64,000 bases of DNA from an uncultured Chloroflexia bacterium (GCA_963735055.1 CAVTJN010000010.1:47442-111441); one strand, 5' to 3'. Counted from the stretch's first letter, positions 31,722 to 42,213 are shown. Notes: generated by a model not told the origin, from the sequence alone. Program-made: numbers and translations.

Positions 31722-32224
31722 GGTGGTTCCTTCCTGCCATAGATAAGCTGCATCAAGCGTACGTCGAGCAGTTGGTTGAATTTGTAGCCGACTTCCCGCA
31801 TCACCCCGATGTCTTCGAATCCGGCCGAGCGGTGCAGGCGAATGCTGGCCAGGTTGCCCTCGGTGATTCTTGCCAGGATGGTGTGCAAACCGCAGCGTTC
31901 GCCGGCGATGGTGACCTCGGTCATCAGTTGGCTGCCGATCCCCCGGCCGCGACATCGTTCCCGGACATAGATGGAGATCTCGGCCGTGTCGGCATAGGCA
32001 CAACGGGTCGACCATTCGCTGAGCGATGCCCAAGCAACCACAGCGCCGTCCAGTTCGGCGACGAGGACGGGATGCCTTGAATCGTGTGCCTCGAACCAGG
32101 ACGTCTGCTGCGCCAGCGATCTTGGTTCACTGTCGAATGTGGCGTTGGTGGTAAGGATGGCCTCGTTGTAGATTTCGCTAATTAACGGTAGGTCTGCGGC
32201 CGTCGCTTTTCTGATCTTCATCAC
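31718..32224 (-). CDS. GNAT acetyltransferase (phosphinothricin / methionine sulfoximine type)
   Basis: IYNEAI...ATFD, EISIYV..RGRGIG, NLASIRLH...GF...VGYKF. Confidence 0.85.
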   Translation of the reverse strand: MMKIRKATAADLPLISEIYNEAILTTNATFDSEPRSLAQQTSWFEAHDSRHPVLVAELDGAVVAWASLSEWSTRCAYADTAEISIYVRERCRGRGIGSQLMTEVTIAGERCGLHTILARITEGNLASIRLHRSAGFEDIGVMREVGYKFNQLLDVRLMQLIYGRKEPP

Positions 32225-32232
32225 GTTTGCTG

Positions 32233-33714
32233 TTAACCCTGGGCCAGCAAGGCCCTCAATTTGGCGAGGGCCAGGTCGATCCGCTTCAGCGAAAGATCCT
32301 TGCCCAGTACGGCCATCATCTGGAACAGGGGAGGCGTGGCGGTCTCGCCACTGACGGCGGTGCGCAAAGCGCCGAAAAGCTGGCCGGTCTTTACGCCCAG
32401 TTCGGTAGCCAGCGGTCGCAGCATCTGTTCGAGCGCCAGAGCATCGAAGTGCTCCTGGCCGGCGAGCCTTTCCCTGGCTAAACTAAGGGCGCGCGTGACG
32501 GATTCGGCCGAGGCGTCCTTGCCGATGAGAAGCTTCGGGTCGTAGTCGAGGACATCGGCAAAGAAGTAGCGTGTCAGGGGGGCGACCTCCTTAAGGACCC
32601 TGGTCCGCTCCTGGACCAGGGGAAGGACGTCGCGCACGCGCTCCGGCGAGAGGGGTCGCGTCACCTCAACAGGCAGGTCCCTCTCGAGGAAGGGAGTAGC
32701 GCGCCGGGCGAATTCGTCGGCGCTTAGTTTACGCAGGTACAGCCCGTTGAGCCAACCGAGTTTGTCCTGGTTGAAGATCGCCGCCGTCTTGCCGACGCGC
32801 TCGAGCGAGAATTGTTCGATCAGTTCCTGCCGGTTAAAAAGCTCGGTCTTGTCGTCGAGTGACCAGCCGAGGATCGCCAGGTAGTTCATCATGGCTTCGG
32901 GCAGGTAGCCATCGGCGCGATATTCTCCGACATGGACGGAGCCATGCCGCTTGCTGAGCTTAGCCCGGTCGGAACCGATCAGAAGAGGCAAATGAGCGAA
33001 CCGGGGCGCCTCGTAGTCCAGTGCGCCGTACAACAGCACATGGCGTGGCGTGCTAGATAGCCATTCCTCGGCCCGGATCACATGACTCATCTTCATTTCG
33101 TGGTCGTCGACCACGTTCGCCAGATGATATGTTGGAAAACCATCGGACTTCAGCAAGACAAAGTCGTCAAGGAGGCGGTTATCGAAGGAGACGTCTCCCC
33201 ATATCAAGTCGTGAATAGCCGTCTGTCCGGTGAGGGGCATCTTGAATCTGACCACCGGGGTGACGCCCTCGGCTATTCGTTGGGCCCTCTCCTTCGGGTC
33301 GAGATCCCGGCAATGCCGGTCGTACCCCGGTGGCTGCTTACGTTGCGTCTGCATCTGCCTCATGAGATCGAGGCGCTCGGTCGAACAGTAGCAGTGATAG
33401 GCGTGGCCGCGGGCTATCAGACTGTCGGCGGCGCGGTGGTAGAGAGCGAGCCGCTCCGACTGAAAGTAAGGGCCGTAGGGTCCACCCACCTGGGGTCCCT
33501 CATCCCAGTCAATGCCGAGCCATTTCAGGCCATCCATGATTGCTTCCACCGATCCCTCAATTTGGCGCGCCTGGTCGGTGTCCTCGATGCGCAGAACAAA
33601 GCTGCCATGGTTGTGTCGGGCGAACAGCCAGGCGAACAGCGCGGTGTGCAGGCTGCCAATGTGCAAGAACCCAGTCGGGCTCGGGGCAAAGCGGGTCCGG
33701 ACGGCGTCGGTCAT
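32233..33714 (-). CDS. gltX: Glutamate--tRNA ligase
   Basis: RTRFAPSPTG.LHIG, LRIEDTD, PTYHLANVVDD, KLSKR. Confidence 0.96.
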   Translation of the reverse strand: MTDAVRTRFAPSPTGFLHIGSLHTALFAWLFARHNHGSFVLRIEDTDQARQIEGSVEAIMDGLKWLGIDWDEGPQVGGPYGPYFQSERLALYHRAADSLIARGHAYHCYCSTERLDLMRQMQTQRKQPPGYDRHCRDLDPKERAQRIAEGVTPVVRFKMPLTGQTAIHDLIWGDVSFDNRLLDDFVLLKSDGFPTYHLANVVDDHEMKMSHVIRAEEWLSSTPRHVLLYGALDYEAPRFAHLPLLIGSDRAKLSKRHGSVHVGEYRADGYLPEAMMNYLAILGWSLDDKTELFNRQELIEQFSLERVGKTAAIFNQDKLGWLNGLYLRKLSADEFARRATPFLERDLPVEVTRPLSPERVRDVLPLVQERTRVLKEVAPLTRYFFADVLDYDPKLLIGKDASAESVTRALSLARERLAGQEHFDALALEQMLRPLATELGVKTGQLFGALRTAVSGETATPPLFQMMAVLGKDLSLKRIDLALAKLRALLAQG

Positions 33715-34652
33715 CTTGTGGTCTCCCTATCCGGCGGCGCCGCTTCGGTTGACAGACGCCGCCGGTATTCGATGATTCTTGATTGCGCCAACTTCACATA
33801 ATCGGGGACAATTTCGTAGCCCAGGTAATGCCTGCCGGCCTTGATGGCTGCCAGGCACGTGGTACCGCTGCCGCAAAACGGGTCGAGGACAACATCATCG
33901 TGAAACGTGTACAGCTGGATTAGCCGGTATGGCAGATCGATGGGGAAGGGAGCAGGGTGGCCCACTTTCCGCGCCGATTCGGCCGGGAAAGTCCAGACGC
34001 TTTTTGTGAAATCAAGGAACTCGTCCCGATCGATGGTACTGAGCTTGCCGGGGACCCGGCGCCGGCCGAATGAACCCTTTGAGAAGACAAGGACATATTC
34101 GTGGACGTCTCTTAGCACCGGGTTTCCGGCCGACCGCCACGTTCCCCAGGCGGTTGAGGGGCTGGCGCTCGATGCCTTATTCCAGATGATCTCGCCCCGC
34201 ATGAGATATCCAATTTCCAGCATGTCCTGAATAACATAGCTGTGCAAGGCGATGTATGGCTTGCGGCCCAGGTTCGCCAGATTGACACATGCCCGGCCGC
34301 CGGTAGCCAGCTTCCGGTAGACTTCGGCGAACACGCGCCTGAGCAACCCCCGGTACTCTTCCAGAGTGAGGTCGGCGTCATACTCCTTGGTTACGTTATA
34401 AGGCGGCGAAGTCACCATGAGATGAACGCTGCTGTCGGGGACATCATCCATATGCTCGCTTGATTTGCAGAACAGGCGGTCCAGCCCTTCCGGGGCTATT
34501 CCGTTGTCCTGGAAGTCGGCCGGCTGCGTCAGGCTGCTGCCCAGGTACAGACGGCTCCCGTAGAACTTGGAGGAATCGTGCCCGGAGCGGCCCGGACTGC
34601 CAAAAGCGCTGGTCGTGGTGCCTTTCTTTCTGCCGTTGCCTGATATCTTCAT
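33711..34652 (-). CDS. Site-specific DNA methyltransferase, beta class (N4-cytosine / N6-adenine)
   Basis: Motif IV TSPPY precedes motif I DPFCGSGT; HPAPFP. Confidence 0.9.
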   Translation of the reverse strand: MKISGNGRKKGTTTSAFGSPGRSGHDSSKFYGSRLYLGSSLTQPADFQDNGIAPEGLDRLFCKSSEHMDDVPDSSVHLMVTSPPYNVTKEYDADLTLEEYRGLLRRVFAEVYRKLATGGRACVNLANLGRKPYIALHSYVIQDMLEIGYLMRGEIIWNKASSASPSTAWGTWRSAGNPVLRDVHEYVLVFSKGSFGRRRVPGKLSTIDRDEFLDFTKSVWTFPAESARKVGHPAPFPIDLPYRLIQLYTFHDDVVLDPFCGSGTTCLAAIKAGRHYLGYEIVPDYVKLAQSRIIEYRRRLSTEAAPPDRETTR

Positions 34653-34862
34653 AAATCCTGGATGCAGCGCCGCCGGACGCTGCTTCCCCATTCTACCATC
34701 TCGTCTTGAGTACGTTCCATGCCGGAGGTAGTGTCTACGCGGGCGGCGGCGAATGCCCTGAACAGAGGGTGGTGATCAGGGGAAAACGACTGTGGCTGAC
34801 TGTGGCGGCCAACGGCGGCTCTGCGAACGACGTCTGACCGCAACAGCCAACGCTTAAGGCGG

Positions 34863-35735
34863 CTATCCGTTCACATGTCCCGGGGAAGCCTGATCGTGGC
34901 CGGGGCCGTGAATGAAAAACCAGTCAATTATCTCCCGGGCGATGCTCATCTTAGGGGGTAGCTCGGGAAGGTCGCCGGCACCATACCAGGCAGCTTCGGC
35001 GATTTCTTTGCCGTCGACCGAAATCTCGCCACCTTCATACTCGGCAGTAAAGCCGATCATCAGCGAATTGGGGAACGGCCAGGGCTGGCTGCCGAAGTAC
35101 TTGATGTTCCTGACGCTGACGCCGACCTCTTCCCGCACCTCCCGCCCCAGGCACTGTTCAAGGGTCTCGCCGGGTTCAACGAATCCGGCAATGATGGTGT
35201 GCATGTGTCCCCGGAAGGCGGCGTAGCGGGCCAGCAGGATCTTGTTGCCTCTGATCACGGCGGTTATAACAGCCGGCGAGAGGCGAGGATAACTGGTGAA
35301 GCCGCATTCCGGGCACTTCTTAGCCCTTTCCCCGGCGAGTTGTTCGTTACGGTGACCGCACCGGCCGCAAAACTGGTGCGTCTGGTCCCAGTTCACGATC
35401 TGCAGTGCCCTGCCGGCCAAGAGAAATACGTCTTCGTCGATGGCACCGTACAGTGACCGCAGTTCGTTAAGAGACATGCCCTCGGGAGCCATAGTGTGCG
35501 GGGACACTTCAGCCGCGAAACATGGCTTGCCTCTAAGCGTCCCCAGATACTGGGTTCTTACCGGAGAAAGCCCCACTTCCTCCAAACCGGTCAGAAAAGG
35601 AACGTTCAGCTCTCCAGCGTGCGAACCCAGCAGTAGTCTAGTCAGGCAAAACACAAACCAGTAGCTGTGATCGCCGGCCCCTTGCTCGAAGGTCACGGCA
35701 GGTGCGTAATGCTCGTAGATACTGGCTCTGGTCAT
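34863..35735 (-). CDS. nudC: NADH pyrophosphatase
   Basis: FCGRCG...CPECG...YPRLSPAVI, AGFVEPGET, SQPWPFPNSLM. Confidence 0.93.
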   Translation of the reverse strand: MTRASIYEHYAPAVTFEQGAGDHSYWFVFCLTRLLLGSHAGELNVPFLTGLEEVGLSPVRTQYLGTLRGKPCFAAEVSPHTMAPEGMSLNELRSLYGAIDEDVFLLAGRALQIVNWDQTHQFCGRCGHRNEQLAGERAKKCPECGFTSYPRLSPAVITAVIRGNKILLARYAAFRGHMHTIIAGFVEPGETLEQCLGREVREEVGVSVRNIKYFGSQPWPFPNSLMIGFTAEYEGGEISVDGKEIAEAAWYGAGDLPELPPKMSIAREIIDWFFIHGPGHDQASPGHVNG

Positions 35736-36016
35736 GCTCAGTCCTGATCAGGCGCCGCCGGGCGGCCCAATAACCACCGGTTTTAACCTCAATGCTAACC
35801 TTACTGGAGGGAGGTCTCCGGCGTCAAATGAGGCGGTGTGTTCCGGAAGGCCGTTGCCGGGCCGACTGATAACCGGTCCATGTTCCTGGTACGCCTCTGA
35901 TCGTGGCGCGGAGATCATGCCGCCGAGCGAGGCTGCGGAGCGGGTCCAAAGCACAGGCTGTGTTATACTTGTCCTGGCTGGGCGCAGCATGAGACTGGTG
36001 GTCTGTTTTGAGCAGT

Positions 36017-36634
36017 ATGAGTTCCCAGATTGAGGCGGCGGTGAGTGTGCTCAAGGGCGGCGGACTGGTGGCTTTCCCGACGGACACGGTGTATGGATTG
36101 GGAGCGAGTATTCGGTGCGCCGAGGCAGTGAAGCGGATATTCGTGGTGAAGGCGAGGCCGCGGCAGATGGCTCTGCCCTTGCTTGTTGGAAGCGTCGCTC
36201 ACATCGAAGAGTTGGCTGGACATGTTTCAGCGACGGCGCGATGCTTGATCGATGCCTTTCTTCCCGGTGCAGTAACGCTGGTGCTAACCGCCTCCCCACG
36301 GGTGCCTGAGTACCTGAAGACGAGAGAGGGGACGATCGCGGTGCGTATCCCAAATCACCCCGTGCCGCTGGCCCTGATCGAAGGCACCGGCGGGGCGATC
36401 GTCGGAACAAGCGCCAACCTCAGCGGGAAGTCAAGTCCCCTGACCGCTGAGGAAGTGCGTTCACAGCTAGGACGCCAGGTGGACGTGGTCATCGACGGGG
36501 GGCGCTGTCCCGGAGTTGAGTCGACCATTGTTGACGTGACCGGGGAGGTCCCTGCGGTCCTGCGCCGGGGGGCCATCTCCGCAGAAGCGATCGGTAAGGC
36601 GTGTGGCCGAGTGCTGGCGGGAGACGGAGGTTGA
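36017..36634 (+). CDS. tsaC: L-threonylcarbamoyladenylate synthase (Sua5/YrdC)
   Basis: VAFPTDTVYGL, K.RP, AVRIP, TSANLSG, STIVD. Confidence 0.92.
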   Translation: MSSQIEAAVSVLKGGGLVAFPTDTVYGLGASIRCAEAVKRIFVVKARPRQMALPLLVGSVAHIEELAGHVSATARCLIDAFLPGAVTLVLTASPRVPEYLKTREGTIAVRIPNHPVPLALIEGTGGAIVGTSANLSGKSSPLTAEEVRSQLGRQVDVVIDGGRCPGVESTIVDVTGEVPAVLRRGAISAEAIGKACGRVLAGDGG

Positions 36635-36636
36635 GT

Positions 36637-37074
36637 ATGCGTATCGCGGTAGGTTCGGACCATCGGGGAATCAAGCCCAAGGAATTCGTCAAGCGGGTGC
36701 TCACGGACCTGGGCCACACGCCTGAAGATATTGGCTCGTTTACCGAGGATGCGGTGGACTATCCTGACATCGCGCAGAAGGTGGGAAAGCTGGTTGCCAG
36801 CGGCGGTTGTGACGCGGGCATACTAATCTGCGACACCGGCATAGGAATGTGTATCGCTGCCAACAAGGTCAAGGGGATCAGGGCGGCGCTGTGCTACGAC
36901 GCCTTTTGTGCGGGCCGGTCGCGCCAGCACAACGATGCCAATGTGCTTTGCCTGAGCGGGCGGGAAGACGAACAAAAGATGCGTGAAATCATGGTGGCAT
37001 TCCTGGCGACGGCTTTTGAAGGCGGCCGTCACCAGCGGCGCGTGGACAAGATATCGGCGATGGAAGAGCCATAA
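36637..37074 (+). CDS. rpiB: Ribose 5-phosphate isomerase B
   Basis: GSDHRG, DYPD, IC.TGIGMCIAANK, HNDANVL, FEGGRH.RR. Confidence 0.93.
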   Translation: MRIAVGSDHRGIKPKEFVKRVLTDLGHTPEDIGSFTEDAVDYPDIAQKVGKLVASGGCDAGILICDTGIGMCIAANKVKGIRAALCYDAFCAGRSRQHNDANVLCLSGREDEQKMREIMVAFLATAFEGGRHQRRVDKISAMEEP

Positions 37075-37164
37075 GACGCAACGGTTGACAAGATAGCCGG
37101 GGAACGCTTCTCAAGCCTTGTTGAATTTGACAACAGATTCACAGTGTGTTAATTTACGAAAACT

Positions 37165-37206
37165 ATGATATTTCGTTTGTCGCTCGTACTTGTAGTCGTC
37201 ACATAG
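37165..37206 (+). CDS. Putative ilv operon leader peptide
   Basis: [13 protein letters not shown]; 8 of 13 residues are Ile/Leu/Val; lies downstream of a TTGACA-17-TAATTT promoter (37127-37155). Confidence 0.75.
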   Translation: MIFRLSLVLVVVT

Positions 37207-37234
37207 ACAGTGCGAGTGGGCCTGTTCCACGAGG

Positions 37235-37261
37235 AGCCGTCCCACCGGGGCGGCTTTTTTT
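37235..37261 (+). terminator. Attenuator terminator upstream of ilvD
   Basis: AGCCGTCCC-acc-GGGGCGGCT followed by a T run. Confidence 0.8.
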
Positions 37262-37288
37262 GTCAATGATGATGGAGGGAGTTGGAAG

Positions 37289-38953
37289 GTGAAAAGCGAC
37301 GCGATTAAGAGGGGCCTTGAGAGAGCGCCGCATCGGGCGCTGCTACATGCCCTGGGTTGCGATGCGGCTGACATGGACAAGCCGTTCATCGGGGTGGTGA
37401 ACAGCTTCACTGAGATCGTCCCCGGCCACGTACATCTTCGGGATATCGCCGACGAGGTCAAGGCCGGAGTTCGGGCGGCGGGCGGGGTACCGTTTGAGCT
37501 GAATACGATCGCCGTCTGCGACGGCCTCGCCATGGGTCACACGGGGATGAAATTCAGCCTGCCGAGCCGGGAACTGATCGCCGACTCGGTGGAGATAATG
37601 GCTGAAGCGCACGCGTTCGACGGTCTGGTCTTCATCCCCAACTGCGACAAAGTTGTGCCAGGCATGCTGATGGCGTCGGTAAGATTGAACGTCCCGGCTG
37701 TGTTTGTCAGCGGCGGGCCAATGCTGGCCGGTCAGATGGACGGCGCCGAGGGATTTGTCGGCGTCGATGTCAACTCGATCTTCGAGGCGGTGGGTAGGGT
37801 CACCGCCGGCAAGATGTCTGAGGCGGAACTCAAACAGCTGGAGGAAGCTGCCTGTCCAGGCTGCGGCTCTTGTGCAGGCATGTTCACCGCCAATACGATG
37901 AATTGCCTTACTGAGGCGCTCGGTATGGGGTTGCCCGGCAATGGCACCATTCCGGCTGTCGAGTCCCGCCGCCGCAGGCTGGCGAGAACGGCCGGGCAGA
38001 GGATCATCGACCTGGTGGCCAAGAACATCCGGCCCCGAGATATTGTGACGCAGGACGCGGTCCACAACGCCTTCGCGGTGGACATGGCCCTGGGCGGGAG
38101 TTCCAATTCGGTGCTTCATCTTACCGCGATCGCCACCGAAGCAGGTCTTCGTTTCCCGCTGTCGATGATCAACGAGGTCAGCAGGGTTACTCCGCAGCTG
38201 TGTAAGCTGAGTCCGGCCGGGCCGCAGCATATCGAAGACCTGGACCGGGCGGGGGGTATTCAGGCAGTAATGAAGGAACTGGACGGCCGGCTGAAATTGA
38301 ATGCGTTGACCGTTACCGGGTCTACCGTGGGTGAGAATATCGCTGCTGCCCGGGTGAAAGACGCTGAAGTTATCCGGCCGGCGACCAGGGCGTACTCGCC
38401 TACGGGTAGCCTGGCCATCCTGTTCGGGAATCTGGCTCCAGACGGGGCGGTGGTCAAGAAAGGGGCGGTGTCTCCTGAGATGATGGTGCATGAAGGGCCG
38501 GCCCGGGTCTTTGATTCCGAGCAAGCGGCTACCCACGCGATCACGATGGGTCAGATCAAACCGGGGGACGTCGTGGTGATCAGATACGAAGGGCCAAAGG
38601 GCGGGCCGGGCATGAGGGAAATGCTGGGGCCGACGTCTATCCTGGCCGGAATGGGGCTGGACAAAGAGGTCGCTCTGATCACCGACGGACGTTTTTCGGG
38701 GGCGACGCGCGGCGCGGCCATCGGACATGTCTCACCTGAGGCCGCCAGCCGGGGTCCGATCGCGGCCCTGCGCGAGGGTGACGGCATCAGGATCGATATT
38801 CCGGCGGGCAAGCTGGAAGTCAAATTGAGTCAGATTGAGATGACGAGCCGTCTGGCAAAACTGCCCGATTTTGTGCCCGCGGTGACGACCGGGTACTTAA
38901 AGCGCTACGCAGCACAGGTATCCTCGGCCAGCACGGGCGCTGTTTTTGAATGA
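37289..38953 (+). CDS. ilvD: Dihydroxy-acid dehydratase
   Basis: [43 protein letters not shown]. Confidence 0.96.
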   Translation: MKSDAIKRGLERAPHRALLHALGCDAADMDKPFIGVVNSFTEIVPGHVHLRDIADEVKAGVRAAGGVPFELNTIAVCDGLAMGHTGMKFSLPSRELIADSVEIMAEAHAFDGLVFIPNCDKVVPGMLMASVRLNVPAVFVSGGPMLAGQMDGAEGFVGVDVNSIFEAVGRVTAGKMSEAELKQLEEAACPGCGSCAGMFTANTMNCLTEALGMGLPGNGTIPAVESRRRRLARTAGQRIIDLVAKNIRPRDIVTQDAVHNAFAVDMALGGSSNSVLHLTAIATEAGLRFPLSMINEVSRVTPQLCKLSPAGPQHIEDLDRAGGIQAVMKELDGRLKLNALTVTGSTVGENIAAARVKDAEVIRPATRAYSPTGSLAILFGNLAPDGAVVKKGAVSPEMMVHEGPARVFDSEQAATHAITMGQIKPGDVVVIRYEGPKGGPGMREMLGPTSILAGMGLDKEVALITDGRFSGATRGAAIGHVSPEAASRGPIAALREGDGIRIDIPAGKLEVKLSQIEMTSRLAKLPDFVPAVTTGYLKRYAAQVSSASTGAVFE

Positions 38954-38966
38954 GAGGGAGAGCGGT

Positions 38967-40691
38967 ATGAAGTTGAGTGGCGGGCAAATTGTTTGCGAAA
39001 GCCTTTTGAAAGAGGGTGTTGAGGTCATCTTCGGCATTCTTGGTGGCGCAATTCTCCCTCTATACGACACCCTGCCGCAGTACCCGAAGCTGCGCCACAT
39101 CCTGGTGCGCCATGAGCAGTGCGCGGCGCACTCCGCCGACGGGTACGCACGCGCGACCGGCAAAGTCGGAGTGTGTTTTGCCACCTCGGGTCCGGGGGCA
39201 ACGAATCTGGTAACGGGCATCGCCAATGCGCATCTGGATTCGGTACCCATGGTAGCCATCACCGGCCAGGTCGCGCGGCCATTTGTCGGCAAGGATGCGT
39301 TCCAGGAAGTTGACATAACCGGCATAACGCTGCCCATTACCAAGCATAATTATCTCGTCATGGACGCCGCTTCGGTGGCCCGAACCATCAAGGAGGCATT
39401 CTATCTGGCGAGGACCGGACGGCCCGGGCCGGTGCTGATAGACATTCCGCGCGACGTTTTCATTGAGGAAGCCGAGTTCCATTATCCGGCCAAGGTATCG
39501 CTGCCGGGTTACAAACCGGTCGTGGACGGTCATCCGGCGCAGATCAAGAAAGCGGCCCGGATCATCAATGAAGCGAGGCGCCCCCTCATCGTGGCGGGCA
39601 GAGGCGTTATCATATCTCAGGCGTGTGACGAATTGAGGGGTCTTGCGGAGACCGGTCAGGTTCCGGTGGTGACCACGCTGCTGGGTATTGGCGCCTTCCC
39701 GGAGAGTCATGTGCTGAGCTATGGTATGGTTGGCATGCATGGCATGGCATACGCCAACATGGCGGTCAACAATGCCGACGCGATTGTCGCTATCGGTATG
39801 CGCTTTGATGACCGGGCCACCGCCAAAGTCGCCGGCTTTGCCCCGAGTGCTCACATTGTACACATCGATATCGATCCGGCTGAGATCGGCAAGAATGTGG
39901 CGGTCGATGTCCCGATAGTCGGGGACGTGAGGGCGGTGCTGGGCGAGCTCAACCAGCAGGTGGAATCGGGAGACCGGGTTGACTGGCTGAGGCAACTGGA
40001 CGATTGGCGGCATGAACATCCGTCCACGTTGGTCAAGGAGAGTGCGGGGTTGATTCCCCAATTCGTTATCAGGAAGATATACGACACGACCGGGGGGAAG
40101 AGCACCATCGTCACCGGAGTTGGACAGCACCAGATGTGGGCAGCGCAGCACTATTGGTATGAGCGGCCGAACAGTTTCATTTCATCGGGCGGGTTGGGAA
40201 CAATGGGATTTGGTCTCCCGGCATCCATCGGGGTCAAGGTTGGCTGCCCCGACGAAACGGTGTGGTGCATCGATGGCGACGGCAGTTTTCAGATGACGAT
40301 GCACGAACTGGCGACCATTGTCCAGGAGAAGCTCGCGGTAAAGATCGCTATCATCAATAACGGTTTCCTGGGAATGCCTCGGCAGTGGCAGGAGTTGCTG
40401 TATTCCCGGCGATATGTCGCGTCGCGGCTCACCGGTCCCGATTTCGTCAAACTGGCCGATGCCTATGGCATCCCCGCGGTCAGGGTAGAACACAAAGAAG
40501 ACGTCATTCCGGCGATTGAAAGAGCGATGGCGGAGCCGGGGCCATTCCTGGTCGACTTCAGGGTGGAGCCAGAAGAGAACGTGTATCCGATGGTCCCTCC
40601 GGGGGCTTCGCTGACCGAACTCATTGAGGAACCCAAGCCGAGATCGAGGGCTTTCTCGGGTTCTGCCAAGTCGCTGGTGAGTAACGTGTGA
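38967..40691 (+). CDS. ilvB: Acetolactate synthase large subunit
   Basis: RHEQ, TSGPGATN, FQE, GDGSFQM (TPP motif). Confidence 0.95.
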   Translation: MKLSGGQIVCESLLKEGVEVIFGILGGAILPLYDTLPQYPKLRHILVRHEQCAAHSADGYARATGKVGVCFATSGPGATNLVTGIANAHLDSVPMVAITGQVARPFVGKDAFQEVDITGITLPITKHNYLVMDAASVARTIKEAFYLARTGRPGPVLIDIPRDVFIEEAEFHYPAKVSLPGYKPVVDGHPAQIKKAARIINEARRPLIVAGRGVIISQACDELRGLAETGQVPVVTTLLGIGAFPESHVLSYGMVGMHGMAYANMAVNNADAIVAIGMRFDDRATAKVAGFAPSAHIVHIDIDPAEIGKNVAVDVPIVGDVRAVLGELNQQVESGDRVDWLRQLDDWRHEHPSTLVKESAGLIPQFVIRKIYDTTGGKSTIVTGVGQHQMWAAQHYWYERPNSFISSGGLGTMGFGLPASIGVKVGCPDETVWCIDGDGSFQMTMHELATIVQEKLAVKIAIINNGFLGMPRQWQELLYSRRYVASRLTGPDFVKLADAYGIPAVRVEHKEDVIPAIERAMAEPGPFLVDFRVEPEENVYPMVPPGASLTELIEEPKPRSRAFSGSAKSLVSNV

Positions 40692-40710
40692 GCCGATGGA
40701 AGGAGGCAAC

Positions 40711-41205
40711 ATGGCACCGTCCAAGCATACCCTGGTGGCGCTAGTTGAGAACAAGCCCGGGGTCCTCAACCGGGTGGCCAGTCTCTTTCGCAGACGCGGT
40801 TTCAACATTGAAAGCATCGCGGTTGGTCATTGCGAAACACCACACTCGTCGCGAATGACTATTGTGGTGGATGGGACTTCGACGACTGTCGAGCAAGTCC
40901 GCAAGCAACTGGAGAAAGTGATCGATGTTGTCCGGGTGTCGGACATCACTGAGGAGCAAATAGTCGCCCGCGAGTTGGCTCTCATCAAAGTGAAATCGAC
41001 TTCGAACACGCGCAGTGAGATTATCCAAATTGTGGACATATTCAGGGCGAACATTGTCGATGTGGCTACGGATTCGCTAACGGTTGAAGTGACCGGCGAC
41101 GAGGAGAAGATCAATTCCCTGGCCAGTCTTCTGGGTGGATATGGTATCAAGGAGCTTTCCCGTACCGGGCGTATTGCCATGCCCCGCGGAGGGGCCGGTC
41201 CCTAG
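40711..41205 (+). CDS. ilvN: Acetolactate synthase small subunit
   Basis: ENKPGVLNRVASLFRRRGFNIESI, RELALIKV, RTGRIA. Confidence 0.95.
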   Translation: MAPSKHTLVALVENKPGVLNRVASLFRRRGFNIESIAVGHCETPHSSRMTIVVDGTSTTVEQVRKQLEKVIDVVRVSDITEEQIVARELALIKVKSTSNTRSEIIQIVDIFRANIVDVATDSLTVEVTGDEEKINSLASLLGGYGIKELSRTGRIAMPRGGAGP

Positions 41206-41283
41206 TGGATTCTTCCCCGCGTTTGGGGTGTTGAATTCCCGGAAGCGGTGGGGTATCATCACTGCAGGACTGGAGGTGAGCCT

Positions 41284-42201
41284 ATGTATAAGCGCATGCT
41301 AGTTCCGCTCGATGGCTCGGAGGTTGCCGAAGTCGTGTTCCCCTATGCCAAAGAGTTGGCAGGGCGGCTCGGAACCGAAGTGTTGCTGCTTCACATCGCC
41401 AACCCAACGCTGAAAGATTTTCAGCCAATGGTGCAAGCGTATGTGGACCATGCCGCCGACGTCATAAGAACCGGGGCCGGGGCTCAAGGCAAGCCTGTCA
41501 CAGTTAAAGGTGAACTCATCAGCGGCTACCCTCCGGACGAAATTCTCCGCTACGCCGAAGAAAAGAAGGCCGATCTGATCCTGATGGCGAGTCATGGAAG
41601 ATCGGGACGCAGTAAGCGTTGGGAAATCGGAGGCGTGGCTGAAAAAGTGCTGCGTTCGGCTTCGATACCGGTGCTTTTGGCCCGGGCAGAGCTGCGCGAT
41701 CAGCTTCCGTTTGACCGGTGGCCGGCCATGGACTTGGTGGTGCCGCTGGATGGGTCGGAGTTGGCGGAGACGGTACTGCCCCACGCCGCAGCCCTGGCCG
41801 CGAACCGGGCCCCAAATTCGGTGAAAGTCGTCTTGCTCCGGGCCTGCGAGCCTCCTACGATGCCGACGTACTACAGTCCGGAACTCTCAGAGATTCCGCT
41901 GCACTGGGGTCAATACGCCCAACAGGAGACGGCTCGCTGTAAGCAGGTGTCCGTGGAATACCTGACGCGAACGGAGAGCCGGTTGAGGGCAGACGGCATC
42001 GACGTACGGTCAGAGGTGCTGGTGGGCAAAGCCTCCGACGAGATTGTCAACTACGCGAACAAGCATCCCTACAGTCTCATCGTCATGGCTACCCACGGGC
42101 GTTCGGGGCTGAGCCGGCTGGTTTATGGCAGCGTGGCGCTCAATATCTTAGTCGGGGTTTCCAATCCCATCCTCGTCGTGAAACCGACGGTCAAGCCGTA
42201 G
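41284..42201 (+). CDS. Tandem-domain universal stress protein
   Basis: Two LVPLDGSE...MA(S/T)HGRSG...G(G/S)VA repeats. Confidence 0.92.
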   Translation: MYKRMLVPLDGSEVAEVVFPYAKELAGRLGTEVLLLHIANPTLKDFQPMVQAYVDHAADVIRTGAGAQGKPVTVKGELISGYPPDEILRYAEEKKADLILMASHGRSGRSKRWEIGGVAEKVLRSASIPVLLARAELRDQLPFDRWPAMDLVVPLDGSELAETVLPHAAALAANRAPNSVKVVLLRACEPPTMPTYYSPELSEIPLHWGQYAQQETARCKQVSVEYLTRTESRLRADGIDVRSEVLVGKASDEIVNYANKHPYSLIVMATHGRSGLSRLVYGSVALNILVGVSNPILVVKPTVKP

Positions 42202-42213
42202 AAGTGGGCGGTT

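Noticed and set aside
30711-32033. 440-aa N-terminally extended radical SAM ORF (likewise extended starts for gatB, nadK, the NudF-like gene, queD and menA)
   Set aside because: The extensions overlap upstream genes or promoters and lack family similarity; downstream starts fit better.
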